DNA from: Eledone cirrhosa
Taxonomy: Eukaryota
Assembly (NCBI GenBank): GCA_964016885.1
Contig: OZ024740.1
Span: 274,164,001 to 274,228,000, forward strand
DNA length: 64,000 nucleotides
Direction of reading: 5' to 3'
Part shown: piece after piece, positions 13,122-26,524 of the stretch
Numbering within the stretch: position 1 is the stretch's first letter
How the letters are laid out: every line of letters begins with the position of its first letter
Translations under genes and position numbers: made by a program
The notes under the pieces: generated by a model
Database searches by the model: none
What the model was told of the DNA's origin: nothing
Seen by the model: only the letters and a program-made list of their open reading frames with translations

Positions 13122-13310
13122 GGTGGATTGGCAGTATCGGTAGAGGGTCGGACGTTATGCTTTGACGCATAGAGTTACGGCTCTTGCCATTCTGAGTTCG
13201 AATCCCGCCGAGGTTAACTTTGCCTTTCATCCTACGGGGTCGATAAAATAAAGTACCAGTAATGTACTGGGTAATTGCTGGCCTTGTGCCAAAAGTAGAA
13301 ACAATTATAA
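13122..13310 (+). mobile_element. tRNA-derived SINE (full length)
   Basis: A and B boxes, conserved core, gaaacaattat tail. Confidence 0.9.
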
Positions 13311-13887
13311 ATAGGCTGCCCTGTGATCATAACTCACTCAGTCATCTGGCTCTTCAGATAGAAAACATAGCTTCGTTACCACTGCGCACTGCGAGCTTAC
13401 TACTAATTCTGCTGGTTTATACTGTCTGACTGCAATTTGTCACTTTTTAATCGAACATCGCATATTAAACAAAGAGTCTTCAGCACAACACAGAAGCCTT
13501 TCTGAACACTATATTCACTTGTGAATACTACCATCAAACTTTATATATACGATTCAAAGTAATCATAAATGTTTCCCTTTTTGCCGAAGTGAAGTAAAGT
13601 TATATATTCAAACAGAATGATTGGTATTTGCTGTGTTTATCATCAAAACTTTCGCTTCATATATACGTGTGACCAAAAAAAAACGTGATTTTCTTTCGTG
13701 GAAAATATATGTATGCTTATTATCTCTGTATGTGATCCTTTTGAAATTTTAACCAGTTCTTAGTTACAAAATTTCAAACTATATTATTGTTTAAGTGTAC
13801 ATAGACAGCCAGCATGACAGACAGACAGCCAGCACGACAGACAGACCGATAGATAGAGAGATAAATAGATAGATAGATAACTTTCTT

Positions 13888-13954
<67 letters not shown>

Positions 13955-13955
<1 letters not shown>

Positions 13956-16900
13956 TCTTTCTTTATTTGCGATTGGGGCGTACAAAAATGGGACATTAGA
14001 AGACGTGATGGCGGGGCTTTTACATAAAAATAACTTTAACATTAATAAATAACAATAAACTATATATAATAAAATAACAATTGAAATCCCCAGTAGGGGA
14101 GAACGTTACTGCAGGGTTGTTTTACACCACGTGGATAGAACAACCCTCAACACCAGGAACACGTTTTGTAGGTGTTCCTGTCTTCCCTCTGTTTATCTTC
14201 CTCAACCTACAGATTTATATACAGAGAAGGCCCATTCACTCGGGCCATTTTTGCCACATTCGCCCACCTTTCAGCGAATTTACTGGGGTGTATCACCTCT
14301 CTCTCCACTCTCACCTTCCTTCTGAAGTGATACTTAAAGAAGGGGATAAGTTGTTGTCTGGAGAGAAAGGTGTTTGCCCTCAGTCATTTTAACCTCGTCC
14401 ACCATATTACCTCTTTCGCCATAGCCACCAAACAGAGGAAAACCGCCTCTCCTTCGTTCTTAAATGAAGGCGGCGAGGTGATCCTCACGATGGACTCGGC
14501 TGACAACTGGATGCGTCTCACACGTGACAGCAGCTGTTCGACATAATTCCACAGGTCGGTCACCCCTGGGCACTGAACAATTGCGTGCAGAACGGTTTCG
14601 ATGTCCTGCTCGCATCTTGGACAGGTCCTTTTGGCAGGATCCCTGCCAGGGCGTCCGTGCCTGTAGATTTTGTCTCGAACTGGTAGAGCTCCTCGGTAGC
14701 ACTGCCAAGCCAGAGACCTCTGGATGTTATCCATAGGCCCTGGACGGAAAGTTCTCCCGAACAGACTGGTCAGTTCGTCCTCCTCGATGTCTAGAATTTC
14801 GCCGAGAACGTCATCGCAATTATCCTCCACTAATCCCCTATAGAATTTCGAAGTGGAGTCTCCGCTGATTGCCGTTTCCGCTTGGTAGAGGGCTGTGAGC
14901 GCATGTAGGCACTCGAGGTGCCAGGCACCCATTTTCGGTCTTCGCTTGACCTAGGACTGCAGCTCTGTTAGTGAGACGAGTTGTGGAAGAGCTTGTCTCA
15001 CAAACGACAGTCACACCGGTTCACCGGTCAGGAATACCTGGAGATGGCGTAGCCTCAGCGCATGTTTGCGCATCATCAGAAGGGTGTTGACAGCAGATGG
15101 AACTCCTCACCAATGGAGCCTGTTTCTTCCAGAGGAACTTGAAGAGTAGGCGTTCCATTTTGGTAAGGTATTCGTGGGGGCAGGGCACGACTGTCAAGTA
15201 GTAGTAAATGACGGACGCTATGTAAGTGTTCGCCACCTCCGCTCGACCTTTCAAGGAGAGTTTGCACTCAGCCCACTTCTGGGTGAGTGCAAACACCTTC
15301 GCCGTGACCTCGTTCCAGTTCTTGTCCCCCTGGATGTCTGGACCGAACCAGACCCCGAGCAAAGTCACCGGTCATTCCTTCCAGCGTCCAACGACACTGT
15401 CGGAAGGCATGGGTTTGCCTCTCCATGTGCCGAGTTGCAAACCGACAGACTTGTTTGGGTTTAGTCTTGCTCCTGTCAACGTTTCGTATTCCTGTAATAG
15501 GTTGCCGATTACCCTGATTTCCGACGTTTTCGACACCATTACGGTTATGTCGTCGGCATAGGCCGACGCTGCTTTTCGCAGTCATGGTTCGGTCGGGATG
15601 CCCTGCAACAGCTCCAACTTCCGCAGTAACGGCTCGAGAGACAGTAGATAAAGAATGGAGGAGAGAGTGCATCCCTGACGGATGGAACGCATGATTTGGA
15701 ATGGCTCTGATAGGTAGCCATTCACCTTGACTGCCGAGCAGATGCTGGTGTGCATGGCAGCGATCCAGCCTCTTAAGACGGGACCGAAGCCGGCCGCCTT
15801 GAGAACTGCTTCCAAGTATTGATGGTCGACCCTATCAAATGCCTTAGACTGATCTAAATTGATCCGAGCCCCACCGAAGCCAGGTTTACACCCTACCCTC
15901 TCTATGATGTATCGCATGAGGTGGAGGTCGTCATGTATGGACCTGGTCGGGATTGCACACGTTTTTCGCTTCCCCTACCAGGTTCTCGACGACAAGCGCC
16001 AGCCTTGCTTCTAACACCTTGGCCAAAATCTTTAACTCTGTGTTGAGCAGAGTTATGGGCCTGAAATTGTTTATCTCATCCCCCTTGTTCTCATCTTTCC
16101 TGATCAGCGTTACTACGCCTCTGCTTACAGAACTGGGAATCCTCCCGTTCTGCTGCCAGTTGCAGTTGAACGCTTCGAGGACGCCGGAGAACAAGTCCGT
16201 CATGCCTATGTAAAACTCAAGAGTCGCGGTACGCCGTCGAGGCAGGACCTGAAGTCCATCACCTCGCTCGATGTACCGCTTTGCCTGAACAGTTGTGCAA
16301 AATGCTGCTGGAAGCCCGTGCACATCTGCTTGGATTCAAGTATAATGCGTCCATCTTTGTCTTGCAAAGACCGAATTGTGGATTTGTTGCCACTTTTCGC
16401 CTCTGCCCCTCGGGCCCAGCTAACAGCTTTGGCTCCCTCGTTTCTTAGAGCACGTGTTCTACTTCTGACAATACAACCTTCGTGTTTCACGTTGAAGAAA
16501 TGGTCTAGTGCCGTTCCCGCCGCTAGCACGTCAGCTGTACTGCCATTCCTAAGTGCCTCTTCTATTTTAGCTACCAGTTCCTTTTCTGTTTTGTTTTTTT
16601 CTAAAGCTACTTCTTTGCTAAATGCTATCGATTCTATTCTAATTGCTCTCTTGAGAGAGGTCCACCACCTATTGTTGACGATCGCCGCCGTCAACTGGCA
16701 CTTAATTAAGGTGCTAATCCGTTTACTGTAGGCCTTACGCGCCGGGAGCGACATGCTTAGCTTCCAGTATCCGGGTCCCTGTCTATGTATTCTATCAAGG
16801 TTGACTACGCTAGTGACTAATTCGTTGTCTGAATTGGCAACCATGTGCATTTGTGGACAGCTTAAAGTTTCCTTATCATTCTGTCTAATTAAAAATCTAT

Positions 16901-17420
16901 CTAAACACGATCTAGAAGACCCGGTGCGGTTGCTCCACGTCCACAGTGGTGCACTTGGGAACTCTAGTCGATATCTATCAGCCAGTTGTAATTGGCTGAT
17001 GAGATTTTTGAGGCTATTACACCCCCTCTATTATCACAAGCTCCTACATAGTCCCAACGTGCGTCTAAGATGCTATTCCAGTCCCCCGCTAACACTAAGG
17101 AGCGAGACGTTCCCAGGAATAGCCCCAGACGCTTGAAGAACTCTGGTAGCGATTTCCCAGTCGGGGCATATACGGCCACCAGTCTGAAAGCTTCACCTTC
17201 ACTATCATTCACTTCCAGGACCACCAGGCTTCCCTCCGGGTCCAAGTGAATCGTCTGTATTTTGAGATCCAATTTATTTCGAAATAGAGCAGCAACACCC
17301 CTGACAGGGAGATGCGTAGATCTCAAAATTATCGAACATGGGGGTTAGCTGCTGCTTGTCACGAATCCTGGACTCGATGGTGATGACTATCACATCAATA
17401 CAATGTGACCTGAGACAAAT
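13955..17420 (-). mobile_element. L1/Tx1-clade non-LTR retrotransposon, degenerate ORF2 (APE-RT-CCHC), within (GATA)n
   Basis: VLAGDWNSILD, PGYWKL, NFRPITLLN, LDQSKAFDRVDH, YADD (gcctatgccgacgac, minus), CPRC...ETVLHAIVQC; AATAAA at the 3' end abutting (TATC)n. Confidence 0.9.
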
Positions 17421-17422
17421 AC

Positions 17423-17484
<62 letters not shown>

Positions 17485-18035
17485 TTATTTGCCACAAGGG
17501 CGCACAAGAAAAGGGGACAATACAAAGACATATGCCGGGGATTTTACATACAATCGTGAAAAAAATATTTTCAACAAACAAATCTAATAATCGAAATCCC
17601 CATTAGTGGGGAAGGGTTACAAATGGGTTGTTTAATACCTCGTAGATAGAACAACCCTCAACTCCAGGAGCATGTTGCGCAAGTGCTCCTTTCTTTCTTT
17701 TGCTCTCTTCTTCAACCTACAGGTTTATATACATTCACCCACCTTTCAGTAAATTTACTGGAGTGCAGTGCCTCTCTCTCCACTCTGATTATCCTTCCAA
17801 AGTGCTACCTAAAGAAGGGAATGAGTTGTTGTCCGGAGAGAAAGGCATCTCTCCTCAGTCCTCTCAATCTCGTCCACCATATAACCTCTTTTACAATAGC
17901 CACTATACAGAGGAAAACCATCTCTCTGTCGTTTTTGAAAGAAGTTGGTGGTTTGATCCTTACTATGGACTCGGCAGTCAACTGGATTTGTCCCATACGC
18001 GACAGCAGTTGTTCTGCGTAGTTCCCCTGTTCGGT
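17485..18035 (-). mobile_element. L1/Tx1 3' fragment, second copy, bounded by (GATA)n
   Basis: AEQLLSR..IQLTAESIVRI..KEVIWWTRL homologous to 14384-14560; similar 3' end. Confidence 0.85.
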
Positions 18036-18037
18036 AT

Positions 18038-18125
<88 letters not shown>

Positions 18126-18289
18126 CACCAACACCACCAGCTCCATCACCCCTATTATCAATCACATCGTCACCTCCGTCACCACCAGACGGATAAAAAC
18201 TGGGACGAGGTGACGAGCAGGGTGGCCCAGAAATAGGCCGAGAGAAATGTCCCTGTAAGATTGAGCGGAGGTGGCAAACATCATCTAAT

Positions 18290-18810
18290 ACCACTTGACC
18301 GTCGTACCTTGTCCTAAGCTTTATCTTACTGCACTGGAACGTTTTCTCTTTCGCTTTTCTTGTGGAAGGGACGTGATCTAATGGTCAGGCGATCCATCTG
18401 CTATCAGCACCCGCTACGTAGAGGAATGAGCATGCCATGGCTGATGATGCGCAGGCATGCATTAAGGCTACGACGTCTCCAGATCTTCCTCGACAGTCAA
18501 TAGGTGTGATCGCCTTTCGCTATGCACGATTTTCCCCAGCTTATCTCCTTGATGGAGCTGCAATCCTGGGTCAAGCGGAGACTAAGCGGGAGCGCTTGGA
18601 AACTGGAATGTCCTCGAGCGCTCACTACCCTTTGCCAATCGGGCATTGCGATCGGCGGAAACTCCACCTTGGCCCTCTATAAAGTGTTAGGAGATTAAGA
18701 ACGACGACGTCCTTGGGGTAATTCCGGGTGTCGACGAAAGCCAACTAGCTATTCTCTTCGGGAGGACTTTCGGTCCAAGGCCAATGGATAACCTCCAGAA
18801 AACCGTGGCC
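18290..18810 (+). mobile_element. L1/Tx1 internal fragment
   Basis: Homologous to ~14720-15200 in opposite orientation (VVPCP..FLWK..ICxQHP..RTF). Confidence 0.7.
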
Positions 18811-18907
18811 TAAACTAAATTCTAATTTTGTTTTTAATTTTCGGCAAAGCTAACTAACCGTAATATCGCTCGGTATGCAAATTAGGCTAATCAGCCGATA
18901 TATACTT

Positions 18908-19545
18908 TGCAGTATCGGTAGAGGGTCGGACGCCATGCTTTACAGCAAAGAGTAACAGCCTTTATATGGTCTCAGTTCAAATCCCGTCGAGGCTAACTGT
19001 GCCTTTCATCCTTACGGGTTCGATAGAATAAAGTACCAGTAATACACTGGGATAATTGCAGGCATTTTGCCAAAGTAGAAACAATTATATATTCTTAAGT
19101 GTTCTAGTGTGTGACAGAAGAGAGATACACAATTTTGACAAAGGGCAATAACCCAGAAATATATAATTATTTGTTTCTCTCTCACCGCTAGAAAAAAAGG
19201 ATGGTGATGGTCATTTAAAACCCTTACTTAATGAGGCTGTTTGCTTTCAAAGGAATCAAATATTATTATTCGATATAAAACACACGAATGCATTTACGTA
19301 TCCGCTATGTTAGAGTTAAAAACTAAATTCCTATTTTGCTTTATATATAATTTCATTATTAATTGGCAGTATCGGTAGAGGGTCGGACGCCATACTTCCA
19401 GCATAGTTACGTCCCTTTACGATATGAGTTCAAATCCCGCCGAGGTTGACGTTGCCTTTCATCCTTACGGGGTCGATAAAATAAAGTACCAGTAATGCAC
19501 TGGGTATTTGCTGGCCTTGTGCCTAAAGTAGAAACCATTATTAAT
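18908..19545 (+). mobile_element. Two SINE copies (~18908-19090, ~19362-19545)
   Basis: Same consensus as 13122-13310. Confidence 0.85.
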
Positions 19546-19639
19546 TCACTATTACATTTATACTGTAAATGTGACTCAACATAATGCAGACCCAACTCAA
19601 CATATCATAAACCACAACAGTCAATAAAATGGACAGAAA

Positions 19640-19723
19640 AGTTTTGTGTTCTTCCTGTGCAGCCCGGTACTAAATGGTCTATGGCGGGGTAGCGGTCCGC
19701 GACCCGATGGTTGGGGATCACTG
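19640..19723. mobile_element. hAT-like MITE end
   Basis: gcggtccgcgacccgatggttggggatcactg resembles hAT/Charlie-type MITE termini. Confidence 0.4.
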
Positions 19724-19872
19724 ATTTATAAAGATCGATTATTATTATATTCGTCTGTGATGCAATGACTCCAATATATATATATATATAATCATCATCA
19801 TCATCATCACCATTTTACGTTCGCTTTTCCCTGCTTGCAAGGGTTGGACTATATATATATATATATATATAT

Positions 19873-20040
19873 ATAGGAAAATGTTTAACCCCGACGGCAG
19901 AACTCAAGCCGTTTCGACGTCTATTTCTAAAATAGGGGTTAAACATTTTCCTATTACCCACTCTACTACCCTAAGTATTGAGTACTCTGGTGCGTTATGG
20001 TCCATCTGGTTCCTTACCACACCTCCTTCGTTATAAATAC
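19873..20040 (+). mobile_element. Fold-back element with hammerhead 3' half, family of 11560-11760
   Basis: 20-bp arms ataggaaaatgtttaacccc / ggggttaaacattttcctat enclose (minus) gtcGAAAcggc ttgagttct gccgTC. Confidence 0.6.
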
Positions 20041-20746
20041 AGTGAAGGAGGCAGAGGATTTGATGCAGGAAGTTGAGGGTGGGGCTGAGAATGAATGAGA
20101 CTAAGACAAAATGTCTGGTAGAGAATGTTGAAAAGCCAGAAGGGATTACTAATGTAGGCGGGAAGCCGCTGAAATTAGTTGAGGACTTCCTGTATTTGGG
20201 AGGAAAGATTGGGAATACGGAAGATGATGTGGTTGAGAGGAAGAACAAAGCCTGGGCGGCGTGCCACAGTTTGAGATCGGTGTGGAAGTCGGACCTTCGT
20301 AGAGACCTGAAGATCCGCCTCTTGATTGCTGTAGTGGAGTCTGTGCTGCTGTACGGGTCTGAGACTTGGACATTGACCAAGAAACTCACCCAGATGGTGG
20401 ATGGGTGCTACACGAGTATCTGAGGATGGCTCTAAACATTAATCAGTATACACTGAGGATGAAAAACTCAGAGCTGTATGGGAGCCTCCCAAAAGTCAGC
20501 TCAAAAGTGACACAGAGGAGACTGAGGTTGGCTGGACATGCTCACCGACATCCAGAGTTGACACTGCATTCAGTGCTCCTGTGGGAGCCCCTGCATGGAC
20601 ACACTGGAAGTGGAAGACAAAGGTTAACGTATGTTGATGCCCTAAGGACAGACACTGATCTCTTGGAGACGCAGGACATGGCAGCGATAATGAGAGACAG
20701 AGACCGCTGGAGAGAACTCGTCCATGGATCTCGGGAATTTTACCCG

Positions 20747-20750
<4 letters not shown>
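20041..20750 (+). mobile_element. RTE-type LINE 3' fragment
   Basis: VGLRMNETKTK, VEDFLYLG, VLLYGSETWTLT, RRLRLAGH, RDRWRELV; ends at (TA)n. Confidence 0.85.
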
Positions 20751-20789
<39 letters not shown>

Positions 20790-20817
20790 ATCAAAAGATG
20801 GTTAAAAGAGTTCCATG

Positions 20818-20888
20818 TATTTTATTATGCGCATTTCAAAAACAAATATCATCATGCAATAACATTTGTGTTTTCATCAGATAAAATA
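20818..20888 (-). ncRNA. Type I hammerhead ribozyme
   Basis: Reverse complement of 21000-21070. Confidence 0.88.
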
Positions 20889-20999
20889 GGAAGACATGAT
20901 ATGAAGGTTAAAAAACACTTGTGAATAGTGCAGTTTAAAAATCAACATTTTTAACTGCACTATTCACAAGTGTTTTTTAACTTTTATATCATGTCTTCC

Positions 21000-21070
21000 T
21001 ATTTTATCTGATGAAAACACAAATGTTATTGCATGATGATATTTGTTTTTGAAATGCGCATAATAAAATA
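21000..21070 (+). ncRNA. Type I hammerhead ribozyme
   Basis: TATTTTAT-CTGATGA-[AAACACAAATGTTATT gcat GATGATATTTGTTTTT]-GAAA-TGCGCA-TA/ATAAAATA. Confidence 0.9.
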
Positions 21071-21787
21071 CATGGAACTCTTTTAACCATCTTTTGATCT
21101 TATATATTATGTATACTCCAGTCCTACAAACTGTAGAGTGCTTCTTATCCGATATCTGCATTGCTTTATTGTACTACAATAAAACTCACCTATATATATA
21201 CAATTATGTGTATCTGAGTACATTTTCAAGTGTGTTTTTCTTTATTTACGCTTCTTTATTTCCCTTTCCCTTCTCTGTCCCATCTAACAGGCAGCAGAAT
21301 ATACTTTCAGTGAGGTCGGTACAGTTAGGGACGGTATGAGCTTTGACTTTTTGAGTGGGAATGGTAAATGCAGAGATTGTTTTCGGTTACATATTTACAT
21401 ATCGGCGCATTAATATCGTTATAATAAGACGTGATCCCAAATGTTGATGAAAAAATACAAAATAAATAGCCTACACTATAAAATCATGCTCGATCATTTT
21501 CTAAAATGTATTTCCGAAATTTTATTTAATTTATCTTTTATTTTTTATGATTGTAATATTTTTCATTTTATTTTGTTTTGATTCAGTTGCATTACTTCAT
21601 TCCGGCAACTAAGCTGGTAAATTGTTAACATTGTATGAAATCTTACATTACACATGGAATTGTATACTAATGCCTTCTTACTAATTTGCAATGACTGAAA
21701 AAGATAATTACATATGAAGACAAAGACAAAATAAATAAATTAAAAGAAAAGTCCTTTAGAATTTGAAAAGCTGTAACAATGCATATG

Positions 21788-21838
<51 letters not shown>

Positions 21839-21869
21839 GTATATAAAAATGCATTCTATACATAGCTGC

Positions 21870-21922
<53 letters not shown>

Positions 21923-22509
21923 CATATATATATAGATATGTATAATATATATATATTTATATACATGAAAATACATAATTGAATAAATCCCTGTTTTCAA
22001 AGGAATTTAAAAAAATAAACTAGTGTTTCTATTACATAATGCAACAACATGAAAGCATGATCATAGGAAACAACGTTACTCACAGAAACAACAACAATAA
22101 CAGCAAGATGGGACAATGAACAATACCAGCTCCAAACAAATGAACGAACAAACAAACCAACGAAAGCGAACTTTTATTCTCTATGAGCTTTCGGATATAA
22201 AACGATAGGAGAATGGAAGGAATCTTCTAAGAAATATTTTGAAATTCATGCTGTGTCTTTAATGGAATTGATGCAAATATTTAATGTCTGGGATCATGGT
22301 AATTTGTTTAAATTGTGGGAAAGTGACTTTCATTAAAGGAGATCTTTTTGAAAAGAAACATAATCATCTTCGTCATTATCATCATTAATACCACCAACAC
22401 CACGACCTCCACATCCCCATCATCTTCCTCGGCATCAACATCATTTACAGCAGCAGCATGATTCGCAAAAATCAGTTTTCAGTACTGTATTAAATATGTT
22501 GCAAATATT

Positions 22510-24320
22510 TAGTTACGTTGCTTCGCATTCTACGTTCAAATCTCATTCCTATCAAGTTTTATTTTTCTCCCGAGTCCAATAAAATAAAGTACAAATCTAG
22601 TACAGGGATTTATATAATCGCATTTAAGCATTGAAAGAAATGCTTTCAAGTAATTGTTTGGCTCTTTACGTTTAAAGTTCAAATACCAACGAGGTCAGCT
22701 TTGTATTTCATCCTATCTCGGTCTGTTAAATATAGTAACAGTCACATTTTGAGGTGAATGTAATATATGTTCGTCTTTCGCCCACATTACTAGCCTTTTG
22801 CCTAAATTAGAAGCCATTATTATCAGTGGATTGGCAGTATCGGTAAACCGTCCGACGCCATGCTTTGACGCTTCGAATTACGGCCTTTTTACGGTCTGAG
22901 TTCAAATCCCACCGGGTTTAACTTTGCCTTTCGTCTTTATGGGGTCGATCAAATAAAGTACAAGTAATACACTGGGATAATTGCTAGCCTTTTGCCAAAA
23001 GTAGAAACAATTATTATCATAATTATCATCATCTCCATTATTTTATTCAATGTATTCCTTCCTAATGTAAGAATGTTGAGTGTGATTTGAATAACATTTA
23101 GCTAGAAAGTATAAGCCAACGTACGTTTATTTATTTTTTTTGTTTGTTACTAACCACAAGCAAGGCAATAAAGCCACTAAAAGGCAAAGGGCTTCTGATA
23201 ATTGAAAAAGACAAATTGAGAAACATAATTCAAGGAGGATAAAATGATGACTGATATGACTTTTGAAGTTTTGCAAATTGTAATGATCAGGAAAGCAGGA
23301 AGCAACAAGAACATTGCATAGGCGAGATGTGTGATAGACGACCACAAGGCTAGCAATTTGTGGGGAGGAGAAAGTCGATTAAATTACCCCAGTGCATAAC
23401 TAGTACTTTATTTTATCGGCCTCGTAAGGATGAAATGCAAAGCTAACTTCGGCGGGATTTGAATACAGAATGTATAGGACCTTAATCCCTATACCGCAGA
23501 GTATGTTGTCCGACGTTCTACCAATACTGCCAAATCACCGCCCTTGAGAGACGACCAATAATGACAACGCAAATGGCAACTTCAACAAAATGAACATCAA
23601 TAGCATAAATATTTGTTTCTACTTTAGGCACAAGGCCAGCAATTACCCAGTGCATTATTGGTACTTTATTTTATCGACCCCGTAAGGATGAAAGGCAAAG
23701 TTAACTCAATAGCATAAATAATAACAGAAATACAATTGCAGCAACTTCTGTAAAGGCGGCAGAACTGTTCAGTATGGAGATATTATAAAACGATACTTGG
23801 CACGATTAGTCAGAGGAATAAAATTAGAAAACCTACGTAGCCATCCCACTCAAGCTGTTAGCAGCAACTGCCAAAATGACGGGTGTGTCATCACAAGATC
23901 CAGACGGCCGCAGGCAGCGCCCCATATTGAAGTATCAAGAGCATTGAAAGAGATAATTTTTTCTACTTTTGGCACAAGGTCAGCAAATACCCAGTACATT
24001 ACTGGTACTTTATTTTATCGACCCCGTAAGGATGAAAGGCAAAGTTGACCTCGGCGGGATTTGAATTCAGAATGGCAAGGGCCGTAACTCTATGCGTCAA
24101 AGCATGACGTCCGACCCTCTACCGATACTGCCAATCCGCCGCCTTAGAGTTTCTACTTTTGGCACAGGGCCAGCGATTACCCCAGTGCACCACTGGTACT
24201 TTATTTTATCGACCTCGGAAGGATGAAAGGCAAAGTTAACCTCGGCGGATTTGAACTCAGAACGCAAAGGGCCATAATTATGCTGCAAAACATGGTGTCT
24301 GACGCTCTACCGATACTGCC
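22510..24320. mobile_element. SINE cluster: + copies ~22510-22820 (decayed) and 22826-23016; - copies ~23341-23545, 23612-23706, 23958-24142, 24148-24320
   Basis: Repeated SINE consensus; flanking duplications tcaatagcataaata and agcattgaaa(a)gagataat. Confidence 0.85.
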
Positions 24321-24859
24321 CTAGAAAGAGATAAGCATTGAAAGAGATAATGCTTGTCATCCAGCATATTGCTAGAACCAGGTAGTTTGTAAGCAATACA
24401 AGACTTAAAAAGTGACGCTATGGTCATCAAACATACTGAATCGACGAACATGTTTTTATCCAGTAATTAGGGATAAGAACGTTGAATGTCAGGATTTGGG
24501 GAAACCCACCAGAGTTGGATATATAGTGGGTCCTGGCCTGTATGGTTCTAGAACATAGTATCACTCTCCTCGAACTGAGAATGAACCCGGGTGTAAAACT
24601 GGTCTGCGATCAGTGTAGATGTCCTCCTCTACGCCAAAGAATTTTATCCCAAAACTCGACAAGATCCCAGAGAGCAACAACAATAACAACACCAGCTGTC
24701 TAAAGTAACAACAGTAACTCCTATGGACCTGGAGTAACAACAACACATGCAGCAACACCACCAACACCACCAACACCATCAACGGTGTCAATAGAAGAAA
24801 AAAAAACAATGAAGAAATGCACCCAATGAGGACCATTTCTCTCTCCCTCCCCAAATAAA

Positions 24860-25135
24860 TACACATACGTGCTCATAAACACCTATAGACATATTCACGT
24901 TCCCACCTGTGTCAGATTTGCCAAATGTGACAGTATGGACATGGGGCAATCGCATAGGGTCAACTAGATGGTATTTAGGCAGATTTTTCATTACGTTCGC
25001 CGATATGGATAGTGTAGGATGTCAAGGGGTAGAAACAGTCACCTATTTAAGTTACAAATCTGTGTTCTGCAAAGTCAACCTAAATAAAACACGTAAACCG
25101 GGACTCGGTGGCTGGAAGCTTAATGCGTCGTTCGT
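24860..25135 (+). mobile_element. L1/Tx1 endonuclease C-terminal fragment
   Basis: VWTWGN..RWYLGRF..PGLGGWKLNAS, homologous to the WTW..RYLD/PGYWKL region at ~16760-16950. Confidence 0.6.
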
Positions 25136-26014
25136 GTTTATAGTCTTAAGTTTGAAAATGTATCTACAAAATTTCATTTTAAAATATGCGTTATTTAAAA
25201 ATTACAAAGGAAAGCTGTCTTGTTATTTAATAATGTTAACAGTGTAAATTGCAAAATATACTCTATAAAATATTCTAGTTTTTGTATTAGTTATACATTA
25301 TAGAAATTATTTATGGAGTAAATGAGACTGAAGAAAGGATTCTTCATTTGCCAACAAATCTTCTTCGTATCGTGTCCACACTTATAAATGTTGCTTGTGG
25401 TGGTGATAGGATAAGCAGTATTTATCAATACTCCCAGGGCCGCAACGTGAACTCTCCTATCTTGATCCCAGCCAGCAAATAAAATCCAGCAAATACATAG
25501 TGAACAAATTTACAATTAACTGAAAAGTCCATTTGTATAGAAAGCCGTGTTATACACGTGGGTTAGGTTGCTAAGGTACCCACTTGCGTTGCATAACTTT
25601 CTATACAAACGAAATGTTGAGTTTCATAATCCACAATGCTTCCAGCAAACTTATCACACCTTATGACATTCAACAATTAGCCATGTCCACGCAAAAATGA
25701 TTTGAGTGGGAATCTCACCATTCACTAGATTAACACAATTCTATGAATGTTTCACAAATATATGGTTGTATAAGAAACCAAATTCTTTACAATTACCCAG
25801 GTGCCTTATAGCAAATGTTGACAGACAATGGATAATAGACTTCGCTCACTATGGGTCTTTACTGACATCATTTCAATAAAGAATATGAAACTAAATACAG
25901 ATATTAGCTTATCAAATTAATCTAAATATGATACTAAATTAACGTGCCATAATTGGTAATTCATTTTGATTTCAACGTACCAATATTGAAAGATTACCGG
26001 CATCCCTATATGAT

Positions 26015-26203
26015 GGTTTCTGATTTAGGCACAAGGCCAACAATCTTGTGGGAAAGGGAATCGATTCCGGTGCATTACTGGTGCTTTATTTTAACGACCC
26101 CATAAGCTAACCTCGTCAGAATTTGAACTTAGAAAGTAAAGGGATATAACTCTATATTGCTCAGTATGTTGTCAGACGTTCTACCGATTCTGCCAATCCA
26201 CCA
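26015..26203 (-). mobile_element. SINE copy (diverged)
   Basis: Reverse complement of SINE consensus. Confidence 0.8.
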
Positions 26204-26221
26204 CGCATTTTTTCGAAAGAA

Positions 26222-26294
26222 GGCTTGAGGTAGATTCGAACTGTCGTCTTCCATATTACTAGATTGACGTTCCATCCTACTGAGCTATGGAACG
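26222..26294 (-). pseudogene. tRNA-like pseudogene or tRNA-derived head (Thr AGT-like loop)
   Basis: Minus: TAGCTCAGT.GG...CT-AGT-AA...GTTCGAATC; stems poorly paired. Confidence 0.45.
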
Positions 26295-26524
26295 ACAGCA
26301 TCTCTATATAATAACACAAACATGAACGAAACAACACAAAGCTCTTAATTACTCACAAAAAATTACAAACAAATAGCGATATGAACAATAATGCAAAATA
26401 AACCAACAGCACATAAGCAGCTCCTGAAGTGAGAAAAGAAGTGAAAGTTTTAAAGATGGAGATAAGAAGTTGAGGTCACAGTGAAAATTATGAACTGTTG
26501 GATTTGCCTTAATATATTGATCAT

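Larger units (their letters stand above)
20783..21191. mobile_element. Hammerhead element with ~160-bp inverted duplication
   Basis: Near-perfect inverted repeat ~20783-20940 / ~20947-21106, then the unique tail shared with 5690-5772. Confidence 0.85.

Noticed and set aside
13345-13365. Minus-strand CTGAAGA
   Set aside because: No matching GAAA or stems
25532-25546. Resemblance to a Gateway attB-type site
   Set aside because: Imperfect short match and no other vector sequence
26222-26294. Functional tRNA-Thr
   Set aside because: Acceptor, anticodon and T stems do not pair; kept only as a pseudogene
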